Positions 10,154 to 19,043 of a stretch of DNA of 64,000 nucleotides are shown one piece after another (within the stretch, counting starts at the first letter, position 1; each line of letters begins with the position of its first letter). The DNA comes from Marispirochaeta sp. GTDB lineage: Bacteria; Spirochaetota; Spirochaetia; JC444; Marispirochaetaceae. The notes below the pieces were generated by a model. It had not been told where the DNA came from. It searched no databases and was given only the letters and a program-made list of their open reading frames with translations. The stretch is from assembly GCA_963676835.2 (NCBI GenBank), contig CAXXFF010000001.1, forward strand, positions 160,001 to 224,000, in the 5' to 3' direction. The translations under genes and the position numbers were made by a program.

Positions 10154-11173
10154 CTACACCTCAAGCTTATCCATTGGAAGTTTTATAATCTGCTCTTCGG
10201 GATCAAACCCCTCACCCTGACGTACAATGGCGACAGGATATGTGACAGGGCTGTTAATCTGGACGAAGCGCTTATCGCTGCGCAGTGCATAACCGCTGGA
10301 AGTTGGCCGGTGACCACCGAAGCAGATTGATTCGCTTCTCCCCGGAAAGAAGCTCTCCAGAGTACCGGCTACGCTGCCCTCCTCGGCTTCTCCATTACTG
10401 GTCCAGGTTAATCCGTAGATAACTTCATCGTTTTCATATGCGTGAATAATCTGCTCCCGGGTGTATACCTGCTCAGGTTCGGCATGGGTTACCAGAAACC
10501 CGTCACCCCGGGCAGCCAGAGGAAGAAGCTTTTCATAATCATACAAAGCCGAAAAGCAATCATCCCCAAGAAAACGGGTAACCCAGAGTCGCACCATTTC
10601 TCCTTCATGCACAAACTTGCGAAAGCCGTAATTACCGGAACCGGTCTCATTGGCTATATTCTCATGATTCCCTTTCAGAAAGAAAAAATTAAGGGGATAA
10701 TATGATTTAACTTCCAGTATCATCTGGAGCAGCCGGAGATTATCTGTCATCTCATCGTCTATAGCACGGGTCTTGCGGTAGTTATCCGAAAACTCACGGT
10801 AGGCTCTCTCCCAGCGCTCCTTAACCGGAGCTTCCCCGTGAAAAGCATCACCCACACAGACCACATTGCCCCGATCCTCGGACATGAGCTCAAGAAAACT
10901 CTTTCCCTGATACAAGGGCAGTGTAACTGCCTTAAAAAAGAAGTCTCTTCGTCCATGCAGGTCTGGAATAATCAGAGTAGGTACATTAACAGAGAGATTA
11001 ACCAGTCCGCCGGGATTTCCATCTGTCATGGCCGGACGTACCGAGAGAGGAAGATTTTTCATAATCTCCATGGTACGAACCAGCTCCTCCCGAAGATAGT
11101 CGCCCCCGGGAGGAGTAGATTCAAAGCGGTACTCCGTCAGTTGTTGATACAGATTATCTATGTCCATTTTCAT
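10154..11173 (-). CDS. Calcineurin-like metallophosphoesterase (possible Ser/Thr phosphatase)
   Basis: PDLHG, VGDAFH, KGNHE, VTHA and GGH motifs. Confidence 0.88.
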   Translation of the reverse strand: MKMDIDNLYQQLTEYRFESTPPGGDYLREELVRTMEIMKNLPLSVRPAMTDGNPGGLVNLSVNVPTLIIPDLHGRRDFFFKAVTLPLYQGKSFLELMSEDRGNVVCVGDAFHGEAPVKERWERAYREFSDNYRKTRAIDDEMTDNLRLLQMILEVKSYYPLNFFFLKGNHENIANETGSGNYGFRKFVHEGEMVRLWVTRFLGDDCFSALYDYEKLLPLAARGDGFLVTHAEPEQVYTREQIIHAYENDEVIYGLTWTSNGEAEEGSVAGTLESFFPGRSESICFGGHRPTSSGYALRSDKRFVQINSPVTYPVAIVRQGEGFDPEEQIIKLPMDKLEV

Positions 11174-11181
11174 TCCGGGGC

Positions 11182-11718
11182 TTAATCACCGGAAATTATA
11201 GTTCGGTTTACCTCTGCAAAATCCTCAGCCAGAACCTGAGTAACTTCCGCAAGGAGCTCTTCCTCTTCCTCTGATGCAAGGTCTTCGGTGAAAACCGCCA
11301 TTTTATATATACGGGAACTGCTTTTTATTGGTCCGCGGCTGAAGCGGACAATCTCATCAGCTTTTATCTCTCCATCAACCTCAGAATCCGCCTCTTCTGC
11401 AAACTCCGGAACATCACCTCTCAGGCCGATACTTGCATAGGTTGACGACCGTTTCCCGTCGATTACCGGACCGATATTAAGAAGAGAACCGGAATAGGTA
11501 AGCAGCAGAAGAGCCCCGTCATTTGAAGCGGGATCAAATTCTTCCACCATCTCCATCTTTTTGTCTTCAAGCTGTTTACTGAAAGCTTCTTCTTTTTCAA
11601 GCCAGCCTTTAGCCAGCAGTTCGAGAGCCTCCTGGTCATCATCTACCTGAATAGAACCGGTCAATCCTGACAGGTGGCTTGCTACATTCTCATCTAACTG
11701 ATCATAAAATTCACCCAT
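11182..11718 (-). CDS. Acidic protein of unknown family (stand-alone domain X)
   Basis: 178 aa with a GGAGG RBS. Aligns over its full length with the N-terminus of 11848-12708. Confidence 0.85.
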   Translation of the reverse strand: MGEFYDQLDENVASHLSGLTGSIQVDDDQEALELLAKGWLEKEEAFSKQLEDKKMEMVEEFDPASNDGALLLLTYSGSLLNIGPVIDGKRSSTYASIGLRGDVPEFAEEADSEVDGEIKADEIVRFSRGPIKSSSRIYKMAVFTEDLASEEEEELLAEVTQVLAEDFAEVNRTIISGD

Positions 11719-11847
11719 TTTTGTCCTCCATTACCAGAAGAAGCTAACCCTATTTTCCACATTAATCCATTATATTCGGGTAATTTTGAAAAAAAGGATT
11801 ATACTAATGGTAACACACAGTATATCAGTATGTTACAGGGGGCATAT

Positions 11848-12708
11848 ATGGCATTCAAAACACTACCCGAATCAATTCAGAGACATCTCGAAAGCTTATC
11901 CGGAAATTTACCTGATGATTCAGAGAATCCCCTGGAAAACCTGGCCAGAGTCTGGGAAGAGAAAGAGATGCTTTTTCGTGAACAGATCTATGCCATTGGA
12001 ATGGAACTGATGGAAACCGTTAATCCCGCGGATGGGAACGGTATATTAGCTCTTACCAGCTCCGGATCACTCCTTAGTCTGGGCCCGGGAAAAGAAGAAC
12101 GTCGCCTAGAATATGCAAGCATTAAAATTCGCACGGATGTTCCGGATATTCTTGTAGACCAGATAACCCGGTTCCCGGTAGAGATTACCTGCGGGAAGCC
12201 TGTAAGCTTTCCGGCGGGGAGAATAAGTAAAACAAGTGCGGTATACCTTATTGCAGCCTGTGCGGCAGATGTGCCCATAGAAGAGCAGGATAAACGTATA
12301 CGCGAAGCCACAATCTATCTCACAAACGGCTTCATGCAGCTGAACCGGTCTCTGCATCTGGACCCCTCCTCAGTTCCGGATCAATTTACCATGAAAAGCA
12401 TGGTTCGCTACATCGGGAAAAAAAACGGGACCACCGCTGCGGAGGCGAAGAAAATTATCGATGATTTTCTTCTTCTGGTAGAGACGGGAATCTGTCTGGG
12501 AGAAAAAGTCCCGCTGGGAAGAATAGGTCGTTTCAGTCTTAAGTGGCAGGAGGCGAGAAAAGCACGGGTGGTAAAACATCCGGGAACCGGTGAAGAGATG
12601 ACGGTGGAAGCAAAACCGGCCACGGCGGTGCCGAGAATATCCTTTTCAACATATCTTAAGGAAAGACTTGGAGAAATCCCTCAGAAAGGCGGAACAATAG
12701 AACGGTAA
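11848..12708 (+). CDS. Domain X fused to an HU/IHF-family DNA-binding domain
   Basis: Start MAFKTL after AGGGGG. The C-terminal ~100 aa (GEKVPLGRIGRF...ARKARVVKHPGTGEEMTVEAK...ISFSTYLKE) match the HU/IHF pattern. Confidence 0.87.
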   Translation: MAFKTLPESIQRHLESLSGNLPDDSENPLENLARVWEEKEMLFREQIYAIGMELMETVNPADGNGILALTSSGSLLSLGPGKEERRLEYASIKIRTDVPDILVDQITRFPVEITCGKPVSFPAGRISKTSAVYLIAACAADVPIEEQDKRIREATIYLTNGFMQLNRSLHLDPSSVPDQFTMKSMVRYIGKKNGTTAAEAKKIIDDFLLLVETGICLGEKVPLGRIGRFSLKWQEARKARVVKHPGTGEEMTVEAKPATAVPRISFSTYLKERLGEIPQKGGTIER

Positions 12709-12748
12709 TACCTGAACTTTCAGGTCTGATTTCTTTTTCTGCTTTTTT

Positions 12749-13561
12749 CTACTTTCTGGGAGCCAGGGAGGGGTCAACGGGTTTACCGTTTTTGTAAACG
12801 AAGAAGTAGACCTTGGCCTCCTCCTTCTCTGAACTGCCGGTGGTTAGACCTATCTTCTGCCCCGGGCTGACTGAATCACCAACATCCACAAGGGTGTCAC
12901 CATTACCACCGTAGGCAAAAATATGTTTGTCAGGGGATTCCACCATTATAATTTTTCCATATCCGTGATACGGGGCAACCCAGATTACCTTGCCGGACGA
13001 TACAGACAAAACCGGATCACCGTTGTTTGCGGCAATCTCCTTGCCTACCAGCTTACCTGCAAGATCAGCCTGATTACCATTATGGGGCCAGAAATAGCCG
13101 GATTGATCCGTATCATCCGGTTTCTGGACAATTACAACCGGGTCTTTATCGTCATCATCGCGAACTTCTATATTTTCATCACCGGGAATTTTCAGGACCT
13201 GACCGACTTTAAGCAAAGTTCCCTGACGAATACCATTGATTCTGTAAAGCTCATCCAGAGAAATTTCATTATCCCTGGCAATAGCATAGTAGGTGTCACC
13301 CCGTTCTACTGTATAACTGCTGTAAGCAGCAATCTCCGGGGTTTCGTCTGTTCCGGGTATCCTTATTCTCATTCCTACCCGAAGATCAGTAACATCCTGT
13401 ATATTATTCGCAGCCTGGATATCCTCAACTGAAATACCGTATTTCACGGACAGGCGGTATAGGGTTTCCCCTTTCTGCAGTTCATGGTACGAGTCTGCCC
13501 ATAAACTGAAGGTTCCGAAAATACAAAATATCCATAATGCTCTAATTAATCGTTTTTCCAT
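12749..13561 (-). CDS. Exported 2xLysM plus degenerate M23 protein (NlpD/EnvC-like)
   Basis: Signal peptide, two LysM repeats (YHELQKGETLY, YTVERGDTYY), and an M23 fold lacking the HxxxD and HxH zinc ligands. Confidence 0.85.
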   Translation of the reverse strand: MEKRLIRALWIFCIFGTFSLWADSYHELQKGETLYRLSVKYGISVEDIQAANNIQDVTDLRVGMRIRIPGTDETPEIAAYSSYTVERGDTYYAIARDNEISLDELYRINGIRQGTLLKVGQVLKIPGDENIEVRDDDDKDPVVIVQKPDDTDQSGYFWPHNGNQADLAGKLVGKEIAANNGDPVLSVSSGKVIWVAPYHGYGKIIMVESPDKHIFAYGGNGDTLVDVGDSVSPGQKIGLTTGSSEKEEAKVYFFVYKNGKPVDPSLAPRK

Positions 13562-13695
13562 TGTCTGTTATATAGTCGGCCTGGCTTTTTTAAAACTTCA
13601 CCGGGGGCGGTTCCTACTGGCAAAAGCATGCAAAAAAGTAAGCACTCGCACTAAACATATGTTTATTTTGCAGGATTCTAAAGGTGCAGATGCAC

Positions 13696-13727
13696 AAAAA
13701 AGGCCATGCCTTTCAGCATGACCTTTT
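13696..13727 (-). terminator. Intrinsic terminator of the tRNA-Asp/Pro operon
   Basis: Minus strand GGTCATGC-TGAAAG-GCATGGCC followed by TTTTTT. Confidence 0.75.
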
Positions 13728-13728
13728 A

Positions 13729-13800
13729 TCGGGCTGGGGGGATTTGAACCCCCGACTTCTTGATCCCGAACCAAGCGCGCTCCCACTGCGCTACAGCCCG
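13729..13800 (-). tRNA. tRNA-Pro(CGG)
   Basis: Acceptor CGGGCTG/CAGCCCG, anticodon arm CTTGG-TTCGGGA-TCAAG, GTTCAAAT. Confidence 0.95.
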
Positions 13801-13816
13801 AATCCCCAGTGGGGTA

Positions 13817-13890
13817 CGGGAGTGACGGGACTTGAACCCGCGGTCTCCGGCTTGACAGGCCGGCGCGATAACCAGCTTCGCCACACCCCC
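13817..13890 (-). tRNA. tRNA-Asp(GTC)
   Basis: Acceptor GGGGGTG/CACTCCC, anticodon arm CCGGC-CTGTCAA-GCCGG, GTTCAAGT. Confidence 0.95.
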
Positions 13891-13904
13891 ATAGATGAGT
13901 TGAA

Positions 13905-13933
13905 AATATATAGGAAGCAGATTCCCCTGTCAA
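13905..13933 (-). promoter_or_regulatory. sigma70 promoter of tRNA-Asp/Pro
   Basis: TTGACA-17-TATATT on the minus strand; the same boxes as the tRNA-Asn promoter. Confidence 0.75.
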
Positions 13934-13964
13934 GGTATCAGGATATTCCTGAAAACAGCTTTGA

Positions 13965-13993
13965 TTGACAAAGCCTAGGGGCCGTGATACCGT
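13965..13993 (+). promoter_or_regulatory. sigma70 promoter with extended -10
   Basis: TTGACA-17-TACCGT preceded by TGn; back-to-back with the tRNA promoter. Confidence 0.6.
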
Positions 13994-14031
13994 TGTCCGG
14001 TTACATATTACGGCAATAATGGGGATACCAG

Positions 14032-15561
14032 ATGGCACAAAAGGACGCCGACAGCAAAGGCAAAAAGTCAACTAAAGCATCACAGGATACCGCCCGTCCC
14101 AAGAGACGCCGGCAGCATCCGTGGCTCTATATTTTCAGTATTTTTATTCTTGTTCTTATTGTAGTTACTTTTATCGGTGCACCTCTATTGACCGGATCAT
14201 CCGGAGGCAGCGGGATTGTATTCGGTAACTATAACGGTACTGATATTGAGTATGTACCGGGAAATTATCTTTCACGACAGAAAGATTCCATAGCCGACCA
14301 GCTGAGCGCTTCGGGACAGGACATGAACGTCGACCAGGCAGCTTTTCAGGTTTGGCTCGGAGCGTTTCAGAACACTGTAATTCATACGGCAATTCTGGAT
14401 GAATCAGAAAAAAGCGGGGTTCAGATCAGTGACGAATCAATTGACAAAGCCCTCGCCGAGTATCCCGGATATCAGGTAGACGGTAAGTTTAATGCTGAAA
14501 AATACCGGTCTACACCCAATCTTGAAAAAGCCCAGATACGCAAATATTACCGGGATTCCCTCATTTCAAGCCAGTACCGGAACGACTTGAAATACGGTGT
14601 TAAATCGTCTGAAGCAGAAAAAGAGTTCATACAGGCGATGACCACCCCGGAATACAGTTTTTCATATCAGCGAATCAACTTTGACCAGTTTCCTGTGGAC
14701 CTTATCGCTGCATACGCTTCCGAACAGAAAGATCTTTTCCGGAAAATCAATGTCAGCAGAATTATGATTCAAAGCAGCAAAGAGTCTGCCGATTCAGTCT
14801 ACAATCAGCTGGAAAAAGATCCTGCCCTCTTCGATGAACTTGCCAGAACCCAGTCCAAAGACGGTTATGCCGAAAGCGGCGGCTATATCGGCTGGCAGTA
14901 TTACTACAGTCTTTCCAACGAGCTTAACGATGAAGATGCGGTACAACAGATTTTCAGCCTCGCCGCAGATACTGTTTCTCCGGTTATCGAAACCAGCTAC
15001 GGCTGGCTTATTTACAAATGTAACGAAGCAGTAGCCGATGTTGATACCGGTGACGAAAACGATATCGAAACAGTCAGAAGCTACATGGAACGCTTCGCCA
15101 AGGGTACTATCGAAGACTATCTGATAGAGAAGGCTGAAACTGTTCGAGCGGGCCTTTCAGCTGCTGTGCTTGGAAGCGAAAATATCGAAGGATTTGAAGC
15201 AGGGGAAACCACTTCAGCGCCTCTTAATTACGGAAGGGTTGAAATCTTCAAGCCCCTGAGTGACGTATCAGGTTCCGGTGCGCTTCAGAGTATAGCCGAT
15301 GACGAAGGTTTTCTTACAGAAATTTATTCCCTTAATGAGGGAGAAATCAGTGCTCCCCTGGTATTGAACGATAATGTATACCTCTTCGCAATTAAAGCAA
15401 TTACCGAGCCGGAAGAAGAAGCCCTAAAAGCAACCGGCGCATACTATGCCTATCTCAGCCAGACCTATACAGAGCAGGATATGGGCTCAATGATTCTATC
15501 TTCCGACAAACTCGAAGATAACTTCTTTGCAGTTTTCAGTCAGTATTTTCTCAGTAACTGA
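14032..15561 (+). CDS. Membrane-anchored SurA/PpiD-like chaperone with parvulin domain
   Basis: N-terminal TM, SurA_N-like helical region, parvulin-like FDELARTQSKD...GGYIGW...VSPVIETSYGW. Confidence 0.82.
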   Translation: MAQKDADSKGKKSTKASQDTARPKRRRQHPWLYIFSIFILVLIVVTFIGAPLLTGSSGGSGIVFGNYNGTDIEYVPGNYLSRQKDSIADQLSASGQDMNVDQAAFQVWLGAFQNTVIHTAILDESEKSGVQISDESIDKALAEYPGYQVDGKFNAEKYRSTPNLEKAQIRKYYRDSLISSQYRNDLKYGVKSSEAEKEFIQAMTTPEYSFSYQRINFDQFPVDLIAAYASEQKDLFRKINVSRIMIQSSKESADSVYNQLEKDPALFDELARTQSKDGYAESGGYIGWQYYYSLSNELNDEDAVQQIFSLAADTVSPVIETSYGWLIYKCNEAVADVDTGDENDIETVRSYMERFAKGTIEDYLIEKAETVRAGLSAAVLGSENIEGFEAGETTSAPLNYGRVEIFKPLSDVSGSGALQSIADDEGFLTEIYSLNEGEISAPLVLNDNVYLFAIKAITEPEEEALKATGAYYAYLSQTYTEQDMGSMILSSDKLEDNFFAVFSQYFLSN

Positions 15562-15563
15562 TA

Positions 15564-17183
15564 ATGGATACTCCCCGTCTTATTGAAACCGGGACGGGGA
15601 GTTCCCTTGAATTTCGGGGCCGGCGCCTTTATTCCGGCAAAACACCGCAAAAAAGACCTGAAGCCATAGCCGATTCTATTCAGCTTCAGCAAAACACGCT
15701 TTACCTTCTTCCATCACCACTTCTTTTTTATGGTGTAGAAACCATCGTGAAGAAACTGCCTTGCGATTCTGCAGTACTTTTTATAGAGCAGAATGCCGCA
15801 TTATTTGAGGTTTCTCACTGTTTTTACAATGAGATAATTAAGGCAACCGAAACCAGTCAGGCCGGCGCCTATCTCCTATCTCCTCAGAATGAAGATATAA
15901 AACATTGCATTACCAGCTTGTCAGGTTGGCCTTTTCGCCGGGTTGAGCTTATTGTACTTAACGGCGGTTATGGATTATGCAGAGACTATTACGACCGGCT
16001 TTTCACCGTTGCAGATAAAGAAATCCGTCTGGCACATCAGGACAGGCTTACTCAGGTCTACTTTGCCCGGCGGTGGATGAAAAATCTCTTTTCCAACCTT
16101 GCATTTTCCCATGAAATAAACTCCTTCCGAATGCTTGGAACGGATAAACCTGCTGTTGTTGCCGCTGCCGGTGAATCTCTCGAAAAATCCATTCCGGGCC
16201 TGATAGAGCGGAGAGAAAGTTTATATATTGTCGCCGCCGATACAGCCCTGCCGGTGTTATGCAGTAATGGAATTATTCCTGATGCCGCTGTTGTGTTGGA
16301 ATCCCAGTTTATCAATATGCGGGATTTTTACGGTATTCCATGGCAGGAAATTGATCTGATTGCAGACGCATACTCCCATCCACCGGTACTGAGGCTTCCA
16401 TGGAAAAACCGCTTTCTTTTTTTTACCAGATTCAGCGGCCTTAATTTTTTTGAACAGATCCTTGAACCGGCTATGCCGGGTTTTCTTTTCCCCGCCTACG
16501 GCAGTGTGGGCGTCGCCGCAGTTGCCATTGCCGGAATTATCAGCAGCAATGCCGTCTACTGTACAGGGCTCGATTTTTCCTACTGCCTCGGCAAGAGCCA
16601 CGCCCGGGGAACACAATTTGGAATCCAGCAGCTTTCAGAGCAATCCAGAGTTAATCCCCCAGGATCGTTTAAAGCGTTTATTAACCGCCCAATGCTCCTT
16701 CAGTCCGGGAAAAAAAGGAACATCAGAACAGACCTGATCCTCCTGAATTACCTCAATCCACTGCAAAGGATTATCGACGAAAGAAAGGGTATTTACGACC
16801 TCAATGAAGATGGTCTTGATATAGGCGCACCATGGGCAGCTTTGCCCGAAGATACGCATAACAGGTTCTCCGGCAGCACAAATCCGCCTGAAGTGACTGA
16901 CTTCGAAGAAAAGTGCGGCAATTACCTCGAAAAAGAGGTTTTTCACACGCTGTTAAAGAACGAACTGGAAGAACTTCAGAAGATTCATTCAAAGGGGTAT
17001 AAATTTTTAACCGGAGAAATATTAGAAGAGACTTTACCACAGATGATCACCAAACATGATTATCTTCTATCCCACTTTCCGGATCCAAAACTTCCGGCCC
17101 CCCTTAACCCTGACTATGTTAAAAGGGTACTACTGGCTGCAGAAGGTTATATTCAGCACCTCAAAAATCTTCTTACGATGTGA
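15564..17183 (+). CDS. MAF/MptE-like (DUF115) protein
   Basis: VVAAAGESL, IVAADTALPVL...PD, GSV...TGLDFSY...SHARGT motifs. Confidence 0.8.
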   Translation: MDTPRLIETGTGSSLEFRGRRLYSGKTPQKRPEAIADSIQLQQNTLYLLPSPLLFYGVETIVKKLPCDSAVLFIEQNAALFEVSHCFYNEIIKATETSQAGAYLLSPQNEDIKHCITSLSGWPFRRVELIVLNGGYGLCRDYYDRLFTVADKEIRLAHQDRLTQVYFARRWMKNLFSNLAFSHEINSFRMLGTDKPAVVAAAGESLEKSIPGLIERRESLYIVAADTALPVLCSNGIIPDAAVVLESQFINMRDFYGIPWQEIDLIADAYSHPPVLRLPWKNRFLFFTRFSGLNFFEQILEPAMPGFLFPAYGSVGVAAVAIAGIISSNAVYCTGLDFSYCLGKSHARGTQFGIQQLSEQSRVNPPGSFKAFINRPMLLQSGKKRNIRTDLILLNYLNPLQRIIDERKGIYDLNEDGLDIGAPWAALPEDTHNRFSGSTNPPEVTDFEEKCGNYLEKEVFHTLLKNELEELQKIHSKGYKFLTGEILEETLPQMITKHDYLLSHFPDPKLPAPLNPDYVKRVLLAAEGYIQHLKNLLTM

Positions 17184-17202
17184 TTAAACCGCGGAATGAC
17201 GA

Positions 17203-19011
17203 CTAATCATCGTCTGTTTTCAGTACAGAGAGGAAGGCATTCTGGGGCAGTTCTACGTTACCCACCATTTTCATTCTCTTCTTTCCCTCTTTCTGCTTTT
17301 CCAGAAGTTTTCTCTTCCGGCTTATATCTCCACCGTAACATTTTGCGGTAACATCCTTCCGCAAGGCGGAAATAGTCTCCCGGGCGATAACAGTTGAACC
17401 GATGGCGCCCTGAATGGGAATTTTAAACTGGTGCCGGGGAATTTCATCTCTCAGTTTTTTACAGACCCGTCTGGCCCGGGAGGTTGCATTTTCACGGAAA
17501 ACAAGCTGAGAGAGTGCATCCACCGGGTTTCCATTTATAAGAATATCCAGTCTGACCAGGGTGGTCTGCCGGTATCCGGTAATTTCGTAATCGAAAGAGG
17601 CATAACCACGGCTTATTGATTTAAGCTTATCATAAAAGTCAAAGAGAACTTCCGCCAGGGGCATGGAATAGACAAGTTCAACCCGCTTTTCATCCAGATA
17701 AGTCATGCTGTCCTGAACACCGCGTTTTTCCAGACAGAGGGTTATAACCGGACCCACATAATCCGCCGGTGTAATTATGGTGGCTTTTATATAAGGTTCT
17801 TCAGCAGAAGAAATCTGCGAAGGGTCAGGATATTCCAGTGGATTATCAATAAATACTGTTTCACCGTTTGAGAGCGTAACCCTGTAGCGTACCGAGGGAG
17901 AGGTAAGAACAATTGTCAGATCAAATTCTCGCTCAAGCCTTTCCTGAATAACTTCAAGATGTAGAAGTCCGAGAAAGCCGCAACGGAATCCGAACCCAAG
18001 AGCAATGGATGAATCCTTTTCAAAAATAAGGGAGGCATCGTTAAGTTTGAGCTTATCTATGGCGGTATGAAGATCTTCGTAGTCGTCTGAGTTTACCGGA
18101 TATATAGAGGAGAAAACCACCGGCTTAACCTCTTTAAATCCCGGCACCGGGACTTTGGCAGCATTCTTTACGGTAGTAACCGTATCACCAACCCGGACCT
18201 TGCTGATATCCTTTATGCCGGCGATAAGATAACCTACCTCGCCCGCTCTCAGATGCTTGTTTTTCTCAAGACCAATCTTAAATATACCCGTCTCTTCTAC
18301 AATATATTTTCCACCGGTGGCCATAAACAGGACTTCGTCATCGCGGGAAATTTTACCCGCCATGATGCGCACATGAACAACAACGCCCCGGTAGGGATCG
18401 TAATGGGAATCAAAAATGAGCGCCTGAAGCGGTTCTTCCACCGCCGGCTTGGGCGGGGGCACGAACTCAACCAGGGCCTCCATAAGCTCCTGAACTCCCT
18501 GACCCGTTTTGGCGGAGATAGGAATAGCAATATCCGGATCGAGTCCGAGATCATGGTCTATCTGATGGCGTACTGCATCAATATCTGCACTGGGAAGATC
18601 TATTTTATTAATAACCGGCAGGATTTCCAGATCATGCTCAATAGCCATATACATGTTTGCAAGGGTCTGCGCTTCAACCCCCTGGGTAGCATCCACTATG
18701 AGCAGAGCCCCTTCGCAGGCTGATATAGCCCGGGAAACTTCATAGGAGAAGTCAACATGGCCCGGGGTATCTACCAGATTAAGCTGATACAGATTGCCGT
18801 CTTTTGAAGTAAAAGGCAGCGATACAGCCTGGGATTTTATAGTTATGCCACGTTCTCGCTCGATATCCATACTGTCGAGAATCTGATCCTTTCTCTCTCT
18901 GTCCGTTATAATACGGGCCTCTTCAATGAAACGGTCAGCAAGAGTGGATTTCCCATGGTCTATATGCGCAATAATACAGAAATTGCGGATGAGTTTTGGT
19001 TCGTAGTGCAT
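17203..19011 (-). CDS. lepA: Elongation factor 4
   Basis: IIAHIDHGKSTLADR, ERERGITIK, RKDVTAKCYGGD, KQKEGKKRMK. Confidence 0.98.
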   Translation of the reverse strand: MHYEPKLIRNFCIIAHIDHGKSTLADRFIEEARIITDRERKDQILDSMDIERERGITIKSQAVSLPFTSKDGNLYQLNLVDTPGHVDFSYEVSRAISACEGALLIVDATQGVEAQTLANMYMAIEHDLEILPVINKIDLPSADIDAVRHQIDHDLGLDPDIAIPISAKTGQGVQELMEALVEFVPPPKPAVEEPLQALIFDSHYDPYRGVVVHVRIMAGKISRDDEVLFMATGGKYIVEETGIFKIGLEKNKHLRAGEVGYLIAGIKDISKVRVGDTVTTVKNAAKVPVPGFKEVKPVVFSSIYPVNSDDYEDLHTAIDKLKLNDASLIFEKDSSIALGFGFRCGFLGLLHLEVIQERLEREFDLTIVLTSPSVRYRVTLSNGETVFIDNPLEYPDPSQISSAEEPYIKATIITPADYVGPVITLCLEKRGVQDSMTYLDEKRVELVYSMPLAEVLFDFYDKLKSISRGYASFDYEITGYRQTTLVRLDILINGNPVDALSQLVFRENATSRARRVCKKLRDEIPRHQFKIPIQGAIGSTVIARETISALRKDVTAKCYGGDISRKRKLLEKQKEGKKRMKMVGNVELPQNAFLSVLKTDDD

Positions 19012-19043
19012 TGAGGCTACTATATCCTAGGCGAAACAAATCA

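Noticed and set aside
5773..12748. Genomic island integrated at tRNA-Asn
   Set aside because: No integrase, no duplicated tRNA 3' end at the far boundary, and no obvious compositional shift by eye. Old acquisition cannot be excluded.
13598..14071. 157-aa and 94-aa ORFs
   Set aside because: They overlap tRNA-Pro, tRNA-Asp and their promoters.
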